The notes: generated from the sequence alone by a model not told the origin. A stretch of 64,000 nucleotides of DNA from Candidatus Kaiserbacteria bacterium RIFCSPHIGHO2_02_FULL_55_25 (GCA_001781335.1 MFLL01000001.1:25626-89625), one strand, 5' to 3'. Shown: positions 47,658 through 57,415, numbered from the stretch's first letter. A program made the numbers and translations.

Positions 47658-48929
47658 ATGAAATACAACATCCACACTCTCAAGAACTGCCTGCGCGTGA
47701 TTCTCGCGCCGATGCCCGATACCCAGACGGCGACCGTCATTGTGATGACGGGCACGGGCTCGCGCTACGAGACCGCGAAGGAAAACGGACTCGCCCATTT
47801 CCTCGAACACATGTTTTTCAAGGGCACCAAGAAGCGCCCCAGTGCCAAGAAAATCAGCGAGGAGCTCGACGGGCTCGGTAGTCACTACAACGCATTTACC
47901 GCCAAAGACCGCACCGCCTACTATGCCAAGGTCAGCAGCCGCTACATTGATACCGCGCTCGATGTGATAAGCGACATTTTTCTCAATTCGACGCTGCCTG
48001 AAAAAGAAATCACCAAAGAGCGCGGGGCAATCATTCAAGAGATTGATATGTACGAAGACATGCCGATGCGCACGGTAGACAATGTATTCGATGCTCTCAT
48101 CTTCGGCACCGACCACCCGCTCGGCCGCACGATTCTCGGCCCAAAAGAAAACATCAGGCGCTTCAAGCGCAAGGACTTCGACAGCTACCTCAAGCGCCAC
48201 TATACGCCTGCCAATGTCGTCGTTTGTATCGCGGGCAGTTTCAGCGAAAAGAAAGTACTCGCGAAGATAACGAAAGAATTCGGCGCCCTCAAGCAAGGCG
48301 AACATATCAAGCCGCTCCCCTATTGGGCCGCACAAAAAGAGCCGCGCGTCGCTATCAAAGAGAAGAAGACCGACCAGACCCAGCTCATGCTCGGTGTCCC
48401 CGCGTATCCCTACAAGCACAAAGACGAGTACGCTCTCGCGGTCTTGGCCACCATTCTCGGCGGCGGGATGAGCAGTCGCCTCTTCCTCGAAGTGCGCGAG
48501 AAGCGCGGGCTCGCCTACTCGGTACACGCGTGGGTGGACAAATACCCCGATACCGGCTATTTCGTCGTGCAGGCGGGTGTGGAACATGCGAAGCTCGAAA
48601 AGACCGTCGAGACGATTCTCGCGGAGTTCAAAAAGATAAAACGCACCAAAGTCTCGGCCGCCGAGCTCAAGAAGGCCAAGGCATACATCAAAGGCACCAA
48701 GACGCTTTCACTGGAGACGAGTGACGAGGTCGCTGGCAATGCCGCCTCGACACTGCTCAACCTCGGCAAAGTGCGCACGCTCGAAGACGTCTTGCGGGGC
48801 ATAGACAAAGTAACCGCCGCCGACATTCAGCGCGTTGCCCGCGACATACTCCGCACGGAGGGCCTCAACCTCGCCATCATCGGCCCTCATTTGCATAAAG
48901 ACCATTTTTTCTCCCTCTTGCGAGTGTAA
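47658..48929 (+). CDS. M16 family (pitrilysin/insulinase-like) zinc peptidase.
   Basis: The inverted zinc motif HxxEH (HFLEHMFFKGT) with a downstream Glu. Confidence 0.88.
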   Translation: MKYNIHTLKNCLRVILAPMPDTQTATVIVMTGTGSRYETAKENGLAHFLEHMFFKGTKKRPSAKKISEELDGLGSHYNAFTAKDRTAYYAKVSSRYIDTALDVISDIFLNSTLPEKEITKERGAIIQEIDMYEDMPMRTVDNVFDALIFGTDHPLGRTILGPKENIRRFKRKDFDSYLKRHYTPANVVVCIAGSFSEKKVLAKITKEFGALKQGEHIKPLPYWAAQKEPRVAIKEKKTDQTQLMLGVPAYPYKHKDEYALAVLATILGGGMSSRLFLEVREKRGLAYSVHAWVDKYPDTGYFVVQAGVEHAKLEKTVETILAEFKKIKRTKVSAAELKKAKAYIKGTKTLSLETSDEVAGNAASTLLNLGKVRTLEDVLRGIDKVTAADIQRVARDILRTEGLNLAIIGPHLHKDHFFSLLRV

Positions 48930-48944
48930 AGAGATCTAAAACAG

Positions 48945-48973
48945 AACCGCGTCGGAGAACGTCCGACGCGGTT
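48945..48973. terminator. Bidirectional stem-loop between the convergent M16 peptidase gene and the hypothetical gene at 49004.
   Basis: A 12-bp stem aaccgcgtcgga/tccgacgcggtt. A T-rich run follows on the minus-strand side. Confidence 0.5.
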
Positions 48974-49003
48974 ATTGTGCAAAGATAAGCGACCAAGCAC
49001 TTT

Positions 49004-50167
49004 CTACGATTGGACCGGCTTACAGTACGCCGCCTGCACCCGCTGATACAAGAGCCGAGGCGTATAGCCGACGGGTCTGAGCCCTTGGATTGGAGCTACG
49101 CTACATTGCAACTGCTCCAGTCTGTCGGGTGTCCGCCACGCCATGAACGCGTCAAGTGCTTTCCGCCACCAATCACCGACATTTTCGAAGAAGGTGGCAA
49201 CGTCAGCAACCACAGCAACGATCGCCACGATGAACACCACCGTAGTGAAGTAGGCGACGACATAGTTCAGGAAGTTGAAGTCGTAGTCATTCTTCGCCAG
49301 GACGATTGTTGCAATGCCGAGCAGAATGACGTGAGGAAGCGGAGCAAGTAGTACAGCTCCGTTTTCGCCCACGGCGCGCTCCGTGCCGTCAGTCCTTCGC
49401 CCAATCCACGAGGTTTTGTTCTTCTTATGGTGCCACACTTCCACGAAGCTTTGAGTGAATGGGTGGACGATTGCCCCCCAGTCACACCGTAGCCCGCACA
49501 ACACGCCGTAAAACATCGCGGTGCCGAACCGGAACAGTGTCATCAGCACGAGCCATATTGCAACCGCCGTTGGTTGCAATAGAGGGAAGTACGCTATGAA
49601 CCGGCGCCGACGGATGGAGCAGGAGTTCTTCGCGTACGTCGGGAACAGCAAGTTGATCCACCATTCTTCGCGGGACGAGAGCACAGGAGCGAAAAAGTCT
49701 GCGGATACATTGATGGTCCGCTCGGCGAGGCCGAAACGCCTCAGTCCCATTGCGTGGCGACGTTTGTCGGTATGCCCGCCAACGAGGTCGTTCAGCGAGT
49801 AACGATATTGCCCGTATTGTCCGTCGAGCAACCACGATCGAATTTTCTTCGCTCGATGTTGTTTGCTCCAGACGACGCTGGCGCAGATCGTGTGCGTACC
49901 GCTCGCGTGGAACTGAATGAGCTCACGCTGGCTCGTAAGGTCGAAGACGTATCGCACTTCGTGCCCTTCAGGATTTTTAATCGACACCAACACGAGCGCA
50001 TTCTTGATGTCGTTGTCGCGCACAAAATCCAAGAAAGGCTTCGCCACGCACCACTGAAGGTACATGGTAGCGCTTGACGTCGTTTGCGTGTAGTCGTAAA
50101 GGAGCTGGAGCCCGATATTGGGCAATTTCATCTCTCTTCTCACGCGCTTCGATAGAGTCGCTGACAT
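49004..50167 (-). CDS. Hypothetical protein with a cytoplasmic N-domain and C-terminal TM helices (387 aa).
   Basis: Clean ORF. No family recognised. Confidence 0.5.
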   Translation of the reverse strand: MSATLSKRVRREMKLPNIGLQLLYDYTQTTSSATMYLQWCVAKPFLDFVRDNDIKNALVLVSIKNPEGHEVRYVFDLTSQRELIQFHASGTHTICASVVWSKQHRAKKIRSWLLDGQYGQYRYSLNDLVGGHTDKRRHAMGLRRFGLAERTINVSADFFAPVLSSREEWWINLLFPTYAKNSCSIRRRRFIAYFPLLQPTAVAIWLVLMTLFRFGTAMFYGVLCGLRCDWGAIVHPFTQSFVEVWHHKKNKTSWIGRRTDGTERAVGENGAVLLAPLPHVILLGIATIVLAKNDYDFNFLNYVVAYFTTVVFIVAIVAVVADVATFFENVGDWWRKALDAFMAWRTPDRLEQLQCSVAPIQGLRPVGYTPRLLYQRVQAAYCKPVQS

Positions 50168-50247
50168 CTTGCAGTCCTTTCATGCTTATTGAACCACGGA
50201 CTTTATACAACATCTCGCTCGCAATGTCTAGTTATTTCCCGAGACAG

Positions 50248-50335
50248 CTTTACAGCCAATCAATGGGTTTTTTGTTGTGGGCCGCAAGATACTCGTTCGT
50301 TTTGCTGAATGGCTTGGAGCCGAAGAAGCCGCTAC
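50248..50335 (-). pseudogene. Diverged duplicate of the ung 3' end. It encodes ...[27 protein letters not shown] against authentic ...[27 protein letters not shown].
   Basis: The nucleotide alignment to 50887-50985 is about 85% identical and the reading frame is conserved. The fragment lies on the far side of the mazF-like gene from ung. Confidence 0.75.
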
Positions 50336-50481
50336 TATTTGCTTATTCAATTGAATTAGCAAGTAAGCCTACCTCGTCGCCTTATCCTCGCCTTTCACTT
50401 GCTTTTCATACAGATAAGCGTAGAATGCACGGACAGTTGGCTTCGGCCTCGCCCCCGCAAGGGGGAAAGAGTAGAAAACCG

Positions 50482-50868
50482 CTAGAGCATCGCTTTGGCG
50501 GCTTTCTTTCTTAATGCATCGAAAGGTGCCTTGTCGAGAAAGCCAATGCGGTTCTGTAACCGACGTGTATCAACGACTCGCAATTGCGAAAGATTTGCTC
50601 GAGCCTCCTGGTCTTCAATTAATCCAACAGGTACGCGTAGCGCGTGTTTACGCAGAGACGTCGTGAGCGGCACTATCAAGCATGCATCGGGGCCGAATCC
50701 TCGCATGATTACACACGGGCGAACGTGCCACTCGCCTTTCCCATCTTGTTCTGTGCCAATGTTTACACCAAGTCGACACCACCAGACTTCGCGCACGGTA
50801 TACAAACGCGGTTGTTCGGCATTTGTTTTCTTCTTTACCTCGTTCCACCCATCAAAATCTTTTTCCAT
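50482..50868 (-). CDS. MazF/PemK-family toxin-like protein (mRNA interferase fold). No antitoxin gene is adjacent.
   Basis: PemK/MazF pattern ...RPCVIM...ACLIVPLTT...VPV...LSQLRVVDTRRL..RIG.L. A minus-strand TACAAT sits 7 nt upstream of the ATG. Confidence 0.65.
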   Translation of the reverse strand: MEKDFDGWNEVKKKTNAEQPRLYTVREVWWCRLGVNIGTEQDGKGEWHVRPCVIMRGFGPDACLIVPLTTSLRKHALRVPVGLIEDQEARANLSQLRVVDTRRLQNRIGFLDKAPFDALRKKAAKAML

Positions 50869-50886
50869 TCGTGAGATTGTAACATC

Positions 50887-51567
50887 CTACAACCAATCAA
50901 TCGGTTTTTTGGAGTGGGCCGATAGATAGTCGTTGGTTTTGCTGAATGGCTTTGAGCCGAAGAAGCCGTTGTATGCTGAAAACGGCGACGGATGCGGCGA
51001 TTCAATGACGAAATGCTTTGCGCGGTCGATGTGCGCGCCTTTTGCTTTGGCGTAGTTGCCCCACAGGATAAAAACGAGATTCTCGCGCTCTTCGGAGAGT
51101 TTGCGAATGACCGCATCGGTGAATTGCTCCCACCCCTGCCCCTGATGCGAACCCGCTTTGCGCGCGCTCACCGTCAGAGTCGCATTGAGAAGAAGAACTC
51201 CTTGCTTGGACCAATGTTCGAGATTACCCTTCTTCGCCAAGGCTTCGAAGGGCAAAGAACAATCTGCTGAAAGTTCTTTGAATATATTCTGAAGCGACGG
51301 CGGCAAGCGCTGGCCTTCGCTCACCGCGAAACACAGACCGTTGGCCTGATTGGGACCGTGGTACGGGTCTTGGCCAAGTATTACCACTTGGATTTTGTCG
51401 AACGGGCATAGGTCGAACGCGCGGAAAATATTCTTGGGCGGCGGGTACACAATCCCATGCAAGTATTCGCTTTTTACAAATTCCCGCAGCATCTTGAAGT
51501 AATCCTTGCCGAATTCATCCTTCAGCACCGCTTTCCACGACGCCTCTATCTGTACCTCCTTTTCCAT
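50887..51567 (-). CDS. ung: Uracil-DNA glycosylase (family 1).
   Basis: It has GQDPYHGPNQANGLCFAV and HPSPFSAYNGFFG. Confidence 0.93.
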   Translation of the reverse strand: MEKEVQIEASWKAVLKDEFGKDYFKMLREFVKSEYLHGIVYPPPKNIFRAFDLCPFDKIQVVILGQDPYHGPNQANGLCFAVSEGQRLPPSLQNIFKELSADCSLPFEALAKKGNLEHWSKQGVLLLNATLTVSARKAGSHQGQGWEQFTDAVIRKLSEERENLVFILWGNYAKAKGAHIDRAKHFVIESPHPSPFSAYNGFFGSKPFSKTNDYLSAHSKKPIDWL

Positions 51568-51576
51568 ACCCCCACT

Positions 51577-52431
51577 TTAGCCCGCGGTGAACGCAAGCGC
51601 GATAGCGGTGAGGACGGCAAGCGAGAGGCCGAATTTTTGATGCACCACAAGTCGTTCTTTATTAAAAAAGAGACCGAGTATCGCGGCGAGCGCAATGTAG
51701 CTCTCGGTGAGACCCGTCGCGAGACCGATGGGCATAAAAAGAGTCGCTGACGAATAGGCTACCCACGCAGTATTGTCGCTCACACTCACCGCAAGAATGA
51801 GTCCTTTATTTTTTCTCCAATTCGATAAGACCAAATGTCCCTGCCTCGTGTACAGGAGGTATGCGAGCGTCGAAACGGCCATAAAGGCGCTCGTAAACCA
51901 GTTTATCATCAGGGGGTCTGTCGCGCGCGACGCAAAGCCGAAGAGAAAGTTGCTGGCACCCATGCCGATGGTTGCGAGCACTGCAACGAGTACCCCCTTT
52001 TCCAGTGTCCGTATCCGCATACGACCGAAATGCTTATTAGAAACGAGAAAGATGCCGACGAGAAGCCCGACGATGAGCATCAGCTGTGTGCCCGTCATGA
52101 CTTCGCCGATGATAAACGTAGAGAGTGCGATGGTGATAGGAACTTCCATTGCATAGATGGGCTCCACGACCGAAATTTTGCCGACGCGCAGCGCATCAAA
52201 GTCGAGCAGACCGGCGGCAAGAATGACAACGCTCGTTCCAGTAAGTACCAGCCAGTCAAATGCGCTTAACCCCTCGAGTGCCTGATATACGAACGGGAAC
52301 AGTACGATGGCCGCAAAGGCGGTGATAAAGAAAAGAGCTTCCCAGTCGCCGAGCTTGCGGGCACTGCGCTGAATGAGAAAATCGCCGAATCCCCAACCCA
52401 CGATGGCGAGCCCCGCGAAGAGAATTCCCAT
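51577..52431 (-). CDS. EamA/DMT-superfamily transporter (10 TM).
   Basis: Two EamA-like repeats. Confidence 0.78.
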   Translation of the reverse strand: MGILFAGLAIVGWGFGDFLIQRSARKLGDWEALFFITAFAAIVLFPFVYQALEGLSAFDWLVLTGTSVVILAAGLLDFDALRVGKISVVEPIYAMEVPITIALSTFIIGEVMTGTQLMLIVGLLVGIFLVSNKHFGRMRIRTLEKGVLVAVLATIGMGASNFLFGFASRATDPLMINWFTSAFMAVSTLAYLLYTRQGHLVLSNWRKNKGLILAVSVSDNTAWVAYSSATLFMPIGLATGLTESYIALAAILGLFFNKERLVVHQKFGLSLAVLTAIALAFTAG

Positions 52432-52437
52432 GAGTGA

Positions 52438-52695
52438 TTACGCGAGCGCGCCCTCGCGCCGCAAAATCTCTTGTTTGCGCAGGGTGCCACCGCGGTTGTA
52501 ATCACCGAATCCCCCATCCGTGCGCACCACGCGGTGACACGGAATAGTATCGTCGTAATTCGTGCGCATAATCGCTCCCACGGCACGCGCCGCGAGCGGA
52601 TTCCCCGCATTGGTTGCAACCTCTTTGTACGTCATCGTCTTCCCTTCCGGAATCTTGCGGACAATATCGCGCACATTATCTGCAAACGTCTTCAT
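52438..52695 (-). CDS. MGMT-family DNA-binding domain protein (standalone O6-alkylguanine-DNA alkyltransferase C-domain or Atl-like, 85 aa).
   Basis: The active-site motif IPCHRVV and a downstream GG..KL.LL..EG-like tail. Confidence 0.78.
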   Translation of the reverse strand: MKTFADNVRDIVRKIPEGKTMTYKEVATNAGNPLAARAVGAIMRTNYDDTIPCHRVVRTDGGFGDYNRGGTLRKQEILRREGALA

Positions 52696-52796
52696 TCACG
52701 TATTATACCTCGTTATGTTTCGTGCCTCAGAGGTATCTGCATGAATTCGATGCGTACATTATAAGCGGCCGGTCGGCCGCTTATAATGTACCGGCT

Positions 52797-53621
52797 CTAC
52801 AAGCCGAGAGACTTGGTTTCTTTGCCTTTCTTCGCGAGCGCCAGCAGTTTCTTGCCGGCGAATTCACGATATCTGCAATAGTCACAATCCTCCGACGGCG
52901 CGGGAATCTCGTCGCTATCGAGACACTTCTTGATATCCATCAGCGTTCCCTCCACCCACGAATCGTCACCTTTGTGTGCGATAAGCGTCACCTCAAACTC
53001 AAGTCGTCCGTCAAATGATTTATTGTCTTTGCTCGCGTTGGCGTAGACGAAGTAGCCGGTATCCGAGACCTTGAAGCCGTTTTGGCGGAAGAGCCACTGA
53101 TACACCTCCATCTGATGCTTGTAGCCGTCGTGCCATTCCTGGTCCAGCGCTTCGATTTTTTCGTCTTTGCTCGTCGATTTGTAGTCCACAATCATCAATT
53201 CCCCCTTGGGGTTCACCCACACGTCATCTATCGCACCGGAGACAGTGAATCCCGTCGGCTCGTGTTTGAAATCAATGCCTTTGAAATTCTCGCGCCAGAT
53301 ATGCATCTTGGCGTGCTGAAATGGTACTGCGTCTACCCCATACTGCTCCATCAGCGGATGTGATGTTTTCCCCGCGCGATGAATATCAAATTCTTTTTTG
53401 AGGAGCGCATCGACGGCGGAGTTGAGGTTGAACGGATATCCTGGCGGACGTGCGGTGCCGAGCTTGTTGTCTACATAAAAACAGCGCGGGCAGTCCTGAA
53501 ACAGACCGATTTTTGACCTCGAAAGACGCCACTTATTGCCGCCGTAATTCCAGTCCGGCTTTCTGTCGGGTTTGTAGTACTGAGACATGGGGGAAGTATA
53601 CCCCATTAGATAGCTACGCAT
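52797..53621 (-). CDS. Cas4-like / RecB-family PD-(D/E)xK nuclease with four Fe-S-type cysteines.
   Basis: An N-terminal CPRC, a nuclease core GAIDDVWVNPKGELMIVDYKS (D..D/ExK), and a C-terminal CLDSD...CDYCRY. The Cys1 and Cys3 spacing is typical of Cas4/AddB Fe-S nucleases. No CRISPR repeats or other cas genes are nearby. Confidence 0.65.
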   Translation of the reverse strand: MRSYLMGYTSPMSQYYKPDRKPDWNYGGNKWRLSRSKIGLFQDCPRCFYVDNKLGTARPPGYPFNLNSAVDALLKKEFDIHRAGKTSHPLMEQYGVDAVPFQHAKMHIWRENFKGIDFKHEPTGFTVSGAIDDVWVNPKGELMIVDYKSTSKDEKIEALDQEWHDGYKHQMEVYQWLFRQNGFKVSDTGYFVYANASKDNKSFDGRLEFEVTLIAHKGDDSWVEGTLMDIKKCLDSDEIPAPSEDCDYCRYREFAGKKLLALAKKGKETKSLGL

Positions 53622-53634
53622 CTAACGGGACAGG

Positions 53635-54150
53635 TCACTGCGCCGTTGGAGTTACCGGAGGCGGAGTGCCGTTGGTATCGGGGTGATGCTCGACGAACCA
53701 GTGTTTAAACTTGTTCTCCACATACCACATGCCGGTGAACATAATGAGGGACAGGAGCGCCGCAAAGATGGATACCGAGTACATGCCGAAGCCCACTGCC
53801 ATACCGATGGCCGCGGTAATCCAAAGGCCGGCCGCCGTCGTTATGCCGTGCAATGATTCGCCGCGGAAAATGATGAGACCGCCGCCGAGGAATCCGATAC
53901 CCGTGATGATGGCCGCGGCGATAAAAGTCGGCTGAACGTCCGCAAGCCCCAAGAACGCGATATTTACATAGTTGCCTATGACCACGAAAAGACACGCGCC
54001 CAGCGCGACGAGACCGAAGGTGCGCGTGCCGGCGGGTTGGCGCGCAAGTATCGCGCGTTCGGTACCGATGACGCCGCCGAGGACTATTGCAAGCACGAGT
54101 TTGAAAAACATGATGCTCGTCGGGTCGATAAATTGCGCTGTAGTCTGCAT
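53635..54150 (-). CDS. MgtC/SapB-family membrane protein.
   Basis: MgtC signature (VLGGVIGTERAILARQPAGTRTFGLVALGAC). Confidence 0.82.
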   Translation of the reverse strand: MQTTAQFIDPTSIMFFKLVLAIVLGGVIGTERAILARQPAGTRTFGLVALGACLFVVIGNYVNIAFLGLADVQPTFIAAAIITGIGFLGGGLIIFRGESLHGITTAAGLWITAAIGMAVGFGMYSVSIFAALLSLIMFTGMWYVENKFKHWFVEHHPDTNGTPPPVTPTAQ

Positions 54151-54165
54151 ACGGGGATTATACGC

Positions 54166-54990
54166 TCAAATTGAGCACAATCGTTGAGCTTCTTCGAGTA
54201 CCTGTGGAATCTTGCCCGGCGCGACGCCATACTCGCGCAGTGTGTGCGGGTCCCGCACGCTTTTACACAACACGACCTTGTTCTCCAAAAGCCGCCGTTT
54301 CTCTCCTTCGGAAAGTGTGGTCAAGGCCGTGAGCGGATGCACTTTGCCCTCCTCTATCATCTGCATCAGCCCGCGCGTGCGCGGATAATCCCAGCCGATG
54401 ACGGTGAGATTGGAACAGCGGGCGTAGCGGATGGCGTTGCGCGTCAGTACCGTATTGGTAACGAGCCAGCCCTCGTCCACCCGCGAAGAAGCAAGCGGCG
54501 CCTGTCGAAGGTCGTCGTAACGGGCTTTCACATAGAGCGCGTCTTTGATGTCGGTCTTTCCGCCCGGCTCGTTGTGGAATTTGGCCTCGATGCCAACGCG
54601 CCTGCCGTCTTTCTCGGCTAGTACATCCACCTCGTGTGGAGCGCAACGGCCCATGAGCATCAAGTCGGTACGGACGCGCCAGCCGTGCGCACGCAACACC
54701 TCGGCAAGGAATTGTTCAAACGGAAATCCGGACGGCCCGAGCGCAAAAACCGCGCGCTTGACCGAATACCGCGCCGCGATAGGCGTGGCCTCGTTTTTCT
54801 TAAGCAACGCAAACGCTCGGCGGTAAATATCCTCGGTCGTCATGAGCGGCCGAAGTTCCTTGATGACCTCCGAGAGAATGTGTGCGCGCATGGTCGATGA
54901 GGCGCCGGCATGCGAAAGCGAGCGCTCGAGCTTCACCGGGTCAAACGGCTCCTGTTCTCCATCAGCTTTTGTTATGAAAATGTGCGGCAT
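54166..54990 (-). CDS. ATP-cone domain fused to an Mrr-like PD-(D/E)xK restriction endonuclease domain.
   Basis: An N-terminal ATP-cone (ITKADGEQEPFDPVKLERSL) and a central HEVDVLAEKDGRRVGIEAKF motif (D...ExK). Confidence 0.68.
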   Translation of the reverse strand: MPHIFITKADGEQEPFDPVKLERSLSHAGASSTMRAHILSEVIKELRPLMTTEDIYRRAFALLKKNEATPIAARYSVKRAVFALGPSGFPFEQFLAEVLRAHGWRVRTDLMLMGRCAPHEVDVLAEKDGRRVGIEAKFHNEPGGKTDIKDALYVKARYDDLRQAPLASSRVDEGWLVTNTVLTRNAIRYARCSNLTVIGWDYPRTRGLMQMIEEGKVHPLTALTTLSEGEKRRLLENKVVLCKSVRDPHTLREYGVAPGKIPQVLEEAQRLCSI

Positions 54991-54992
54991 GT

Positions 54993-55400
54993 TTAATTGC
55001 GCTGGATGACGGGAATCACCGCGAGCCGGAGCGGCTCACCGTCGAGCGAGCCGATGAATTGTATACCCGCGGCGGGCGCGAACACGACGACGCGAAACGA
55101 CCGCGGGGTATCTTCCCGTACACAAGCCACCGACGGCTCCTCCCAGCTCGTAAAAATAAGCTGGTATGTCGTGGTCGAAATTTGCACGGAGCGCTCGGAT
55201 ATCTGCGCGCAGGTGGACGGCGCCATGATGATACCCGATAGATAGTGCACACCCGGCTTCAGAGAATCGCGGATGAGGACGATGCGACTTTCATCAATCG
55301 CCTCTGCACGGATTGCACTCCCTGCCACGAGAAATACGGTGTAAGAAACCGCGCACGCGATAATAAAGAACCACACGAGGCGCACGAGCGCTTCTTTCAT
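54993..55400 (-). CDS. Hypothetical membrane-anchored protein (135 aa).
   Basis: An N-terminal TM helix LVWFFIIACAVSYTVFLV. No family recognised. Confidence 0.4.
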   Translation of the reverse strand: MKEALVRLVWFFIIACAVSYTVFLVAGSAIRAEAIDESRIVLIRDSLKPGVHYLSGIIMAPSTCAQISERSVQISTTTYQLIFTSWEEPSVACVREDTPRSFRVVVFAPAAGIQFIGSLDGEPLRLAVIPVIQRN

Positions 55401-55459
55401 TAAGACTATTGTATCTCTTTTTTGAGCGCGACGACCAAACGCTATGCACATCCGCGGTA

Positions 55460-56590
55460 TCACTTCTCCGCAAAAGGCATCACTTTTTGTTTTTTGTCCT
55501 CTTTCGGCTTCGCCGCTGCGGGCACGGGAGCTGTGTTTTTTGCCAGTATGCCACCACCGAGACAGCGACCGCCGTCATACACAACGGCTGATTGCCCCGG
55601 AGAGATTACGTGCGGCTCGCCGAAGTCGACATACGCGCGCTTGCCTTCGCTGCGTAGCTTGATGGGAAGCGGCGTCTCCCGGTAGCGCATTTGTGCGGCA
55701 AGGCCGGTAAGGAACGACGGAGCGACTCCCGATATCCAATGCATGTCCAGCACAACGGTGCCCGCGCGCGCCGCGTCGGAACGGTTTGCCGACACTATCA
55801 CGATGTTGTTCTTGGTGTCGATACCGGTGACATAGTGCGGCGTCTTCGCCAACTGCTTCTTGGTGACGGTGAATCCGTGCCGCTGCCCGATAGTGTAGAG
55901 CGCGGCACCTTCGTGGACGCCGAGGATATGGCCCTTTTTGTCGGTCACGCGCCCCTCGGCAACAGTGATAAAGCGCTTCAGAAAATCGCGCATACTGACG
56001 TCGCCGACAAAACACAGGCCCTGACTGTCGGGCTTCTGCGCGACGGGAAGGGAGTGCGCTTTTGCATATGCGCGTACCTGTTTTTTTGTCATTGCGCCGA
56101 CGGGGAACGCGGAGCGCGAGAGGTCGCCCTGATTGAGTTGGTACAAAAAGTACGACTGGTCTTTGTCTTTGTCGACACCGCGCCACAGCTCGGGACCATG
56201 CTCGCCCTGTTTTATCTGCGCATAATGACCGGTCGCAACCACATCGGCACCCTCGGCGCGCGCCCATTTAGAGAACGCGCCGAACTTGATACTGCGATTG
56301 CACAGCACGTCGGGATTCGGTGTCTCGCCCGCGCTGTACGACGAAATCATTTTTGTGACGACCTCATTTTTGTACTCTTCGGACAAATCAATCTCTTTGA
56401 ACGGTATGCCGAGCGCTGCGGCAACGCGCATCGCATCGAGCCGGTCGCGCTGCCACGTGCACTCGATAAATTCCGGCTGCCAAATCTTTATGAAAACGCC
56501 CACAACCTTGTGCCCCTGTTCTTTGAGGAGCGCGGCACTCACCGCGCTATCCACTCCTCCCGAAAGCCCGACAAAAACCGTATGCGCCAT
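55460..56590 (-). CDS. mnmA: tRNA-specific 2-thiouridylase MnmA.
   Basis: PP-loop SGGVDSAV, catalytic cysteines, and the remaining MnmA signatures. Confidence 0.93.
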   Translation of the reverse strand: MAHTVFVGLSGGVDSAVSAALLKEQGHKVVGVFIKIWQPEFIECTWQRDRLDAMRVAAALGIPFKEIDLSEEYKNEVVTKMISSYSAGETPNPDVLCNRSIKFGAFSKWARAEGADVVATGHYAQIKQGEHGPELWRGVDKDKDQSYFLYQLNQGDLSRSAFPVGAMTKKQVRAYAKAHSLPVAQKPDSQGLCFVGDVSMRDFLKRFITVAEGRVTDKKGHILGVHEGAALYTIGQRHGFTVTKKQLAKTPHYVTGIDTKNNIVIVSANRSDAARAGTVVLDMHWISGVAPSFLTGLAAQMRYRETPLPIKLRSEGKRAYVDFGEPHVISPGQSAVVYDGGRCLGGGILAKNTAPVPAAAKPKEDKKQKVMPFAEK

Positions 56591-56644
56591 CGCACTACTA
56601 TATCAAAATTTACCAACGTACCGAGGTTTAATCTCATCATCTCG

Positions 56645-57415
56645 TGGCAAGGTAAGACCTTGCCATTTTTGTGTTATGCTTTTTGCCTATGGGCGATCGC
56701 ATCGTTTATTTCCAACCCGGAGAATGGTTCCACTGCTACAGTCGCGGTGTCGATAAAAGACGTGTATTTATATCAGCAAGCGATTATCAGCGTTTTCAGG
56801 CGCTGCTGTATGCATGTAACAATACTGATATGATTCACGTCAGTAATTACGGTCAAGGCTTTCGAAGTAAAAATCTTACTAATGTACTGAGTATTCCTCG
56901 GAGCGAATCGCTTGTTGACATCGGGGCATATAATCTGATGCCAAACCATTATCACCTTTTGTTGCGGGAACAGGTTGATGGTGGGGTGACTTCGTTCATG
57001 CGCAAAATCGGAACTGCGTACACCATGTACTTTAATATCAAGAACAAGCGCTCGGGTGCACTGTTCGAGGGTGCATTCAAAGCGAAACACGTTAAAACGG
57101 ATGCGTACTTCCGCAGAGTGTTCAATTACATTCAAGGCAATCATGCAGAACTTTCGGAGCCGCGATGGAAAGAAGGTGTCATCCAAAACGACCGGGCACT
57201 TATAGAGTCACTTCTCGCCTATCCATACTCGAGCCTTAAAGACTTCAACGGACCATCGAGACCAGAGCGCGCAATAGTTAACCGCAACTCGATACTCGAC
57301 ATCATTGACGAAATTCCGAACCCTAGAAAAATCCTTGAGGACGCTCGCATATTCGCTCGACTACACGAGGACGGCCTGTAACGCATCTACCTTATGGCAA
57401 GGTCTTACCTTGCCA
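56645..57415. mobile_element. RAYT/IS200-like element 3, flanked by inverted REP-like hairpins tggcaagg-taaga-ccttgcca (56645-56665) and tggcaagg-tctta-ccttgcca (57395-57415).
   Basis: The stems are identical and the loops are reverse complements, so the two hairpins are in inverted orientation. A third related hairpin tcatgagcaagg-aagac-ccttgctcatga lies at 57549-57577. Confidence 0.72.
56689..57381 (+). CDS. tnpA: HUH Y1 transposase-like protein, paralog 3.
   Basis: It has YNLMPNHYHLLL and VFNYIQGNHAEL. By alignment to the paralogs the start is the MGDRIVYFQ Met. Confidence 0.8.
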   Translation: MGDRIVYFQPGEWFHCYSRGVDKRRVFISASDYQRFQALLYACNNTDMIHVSNYGQGFRSKNLTNVLSIPRSESLVDIGAYNLMPNHYHLLLREQVDGGVTSFMRKIGTAYTMYFNIKNKRSGALFEGAFKAKHVKTDAYFRRVFNYIQGNHAELSEPRWKEGVIQNDRALIESLLAYPYSSLKDFNGPSRPERAIVNRNSILDIIDEIPNPRKILEDARIFARLHEDGL

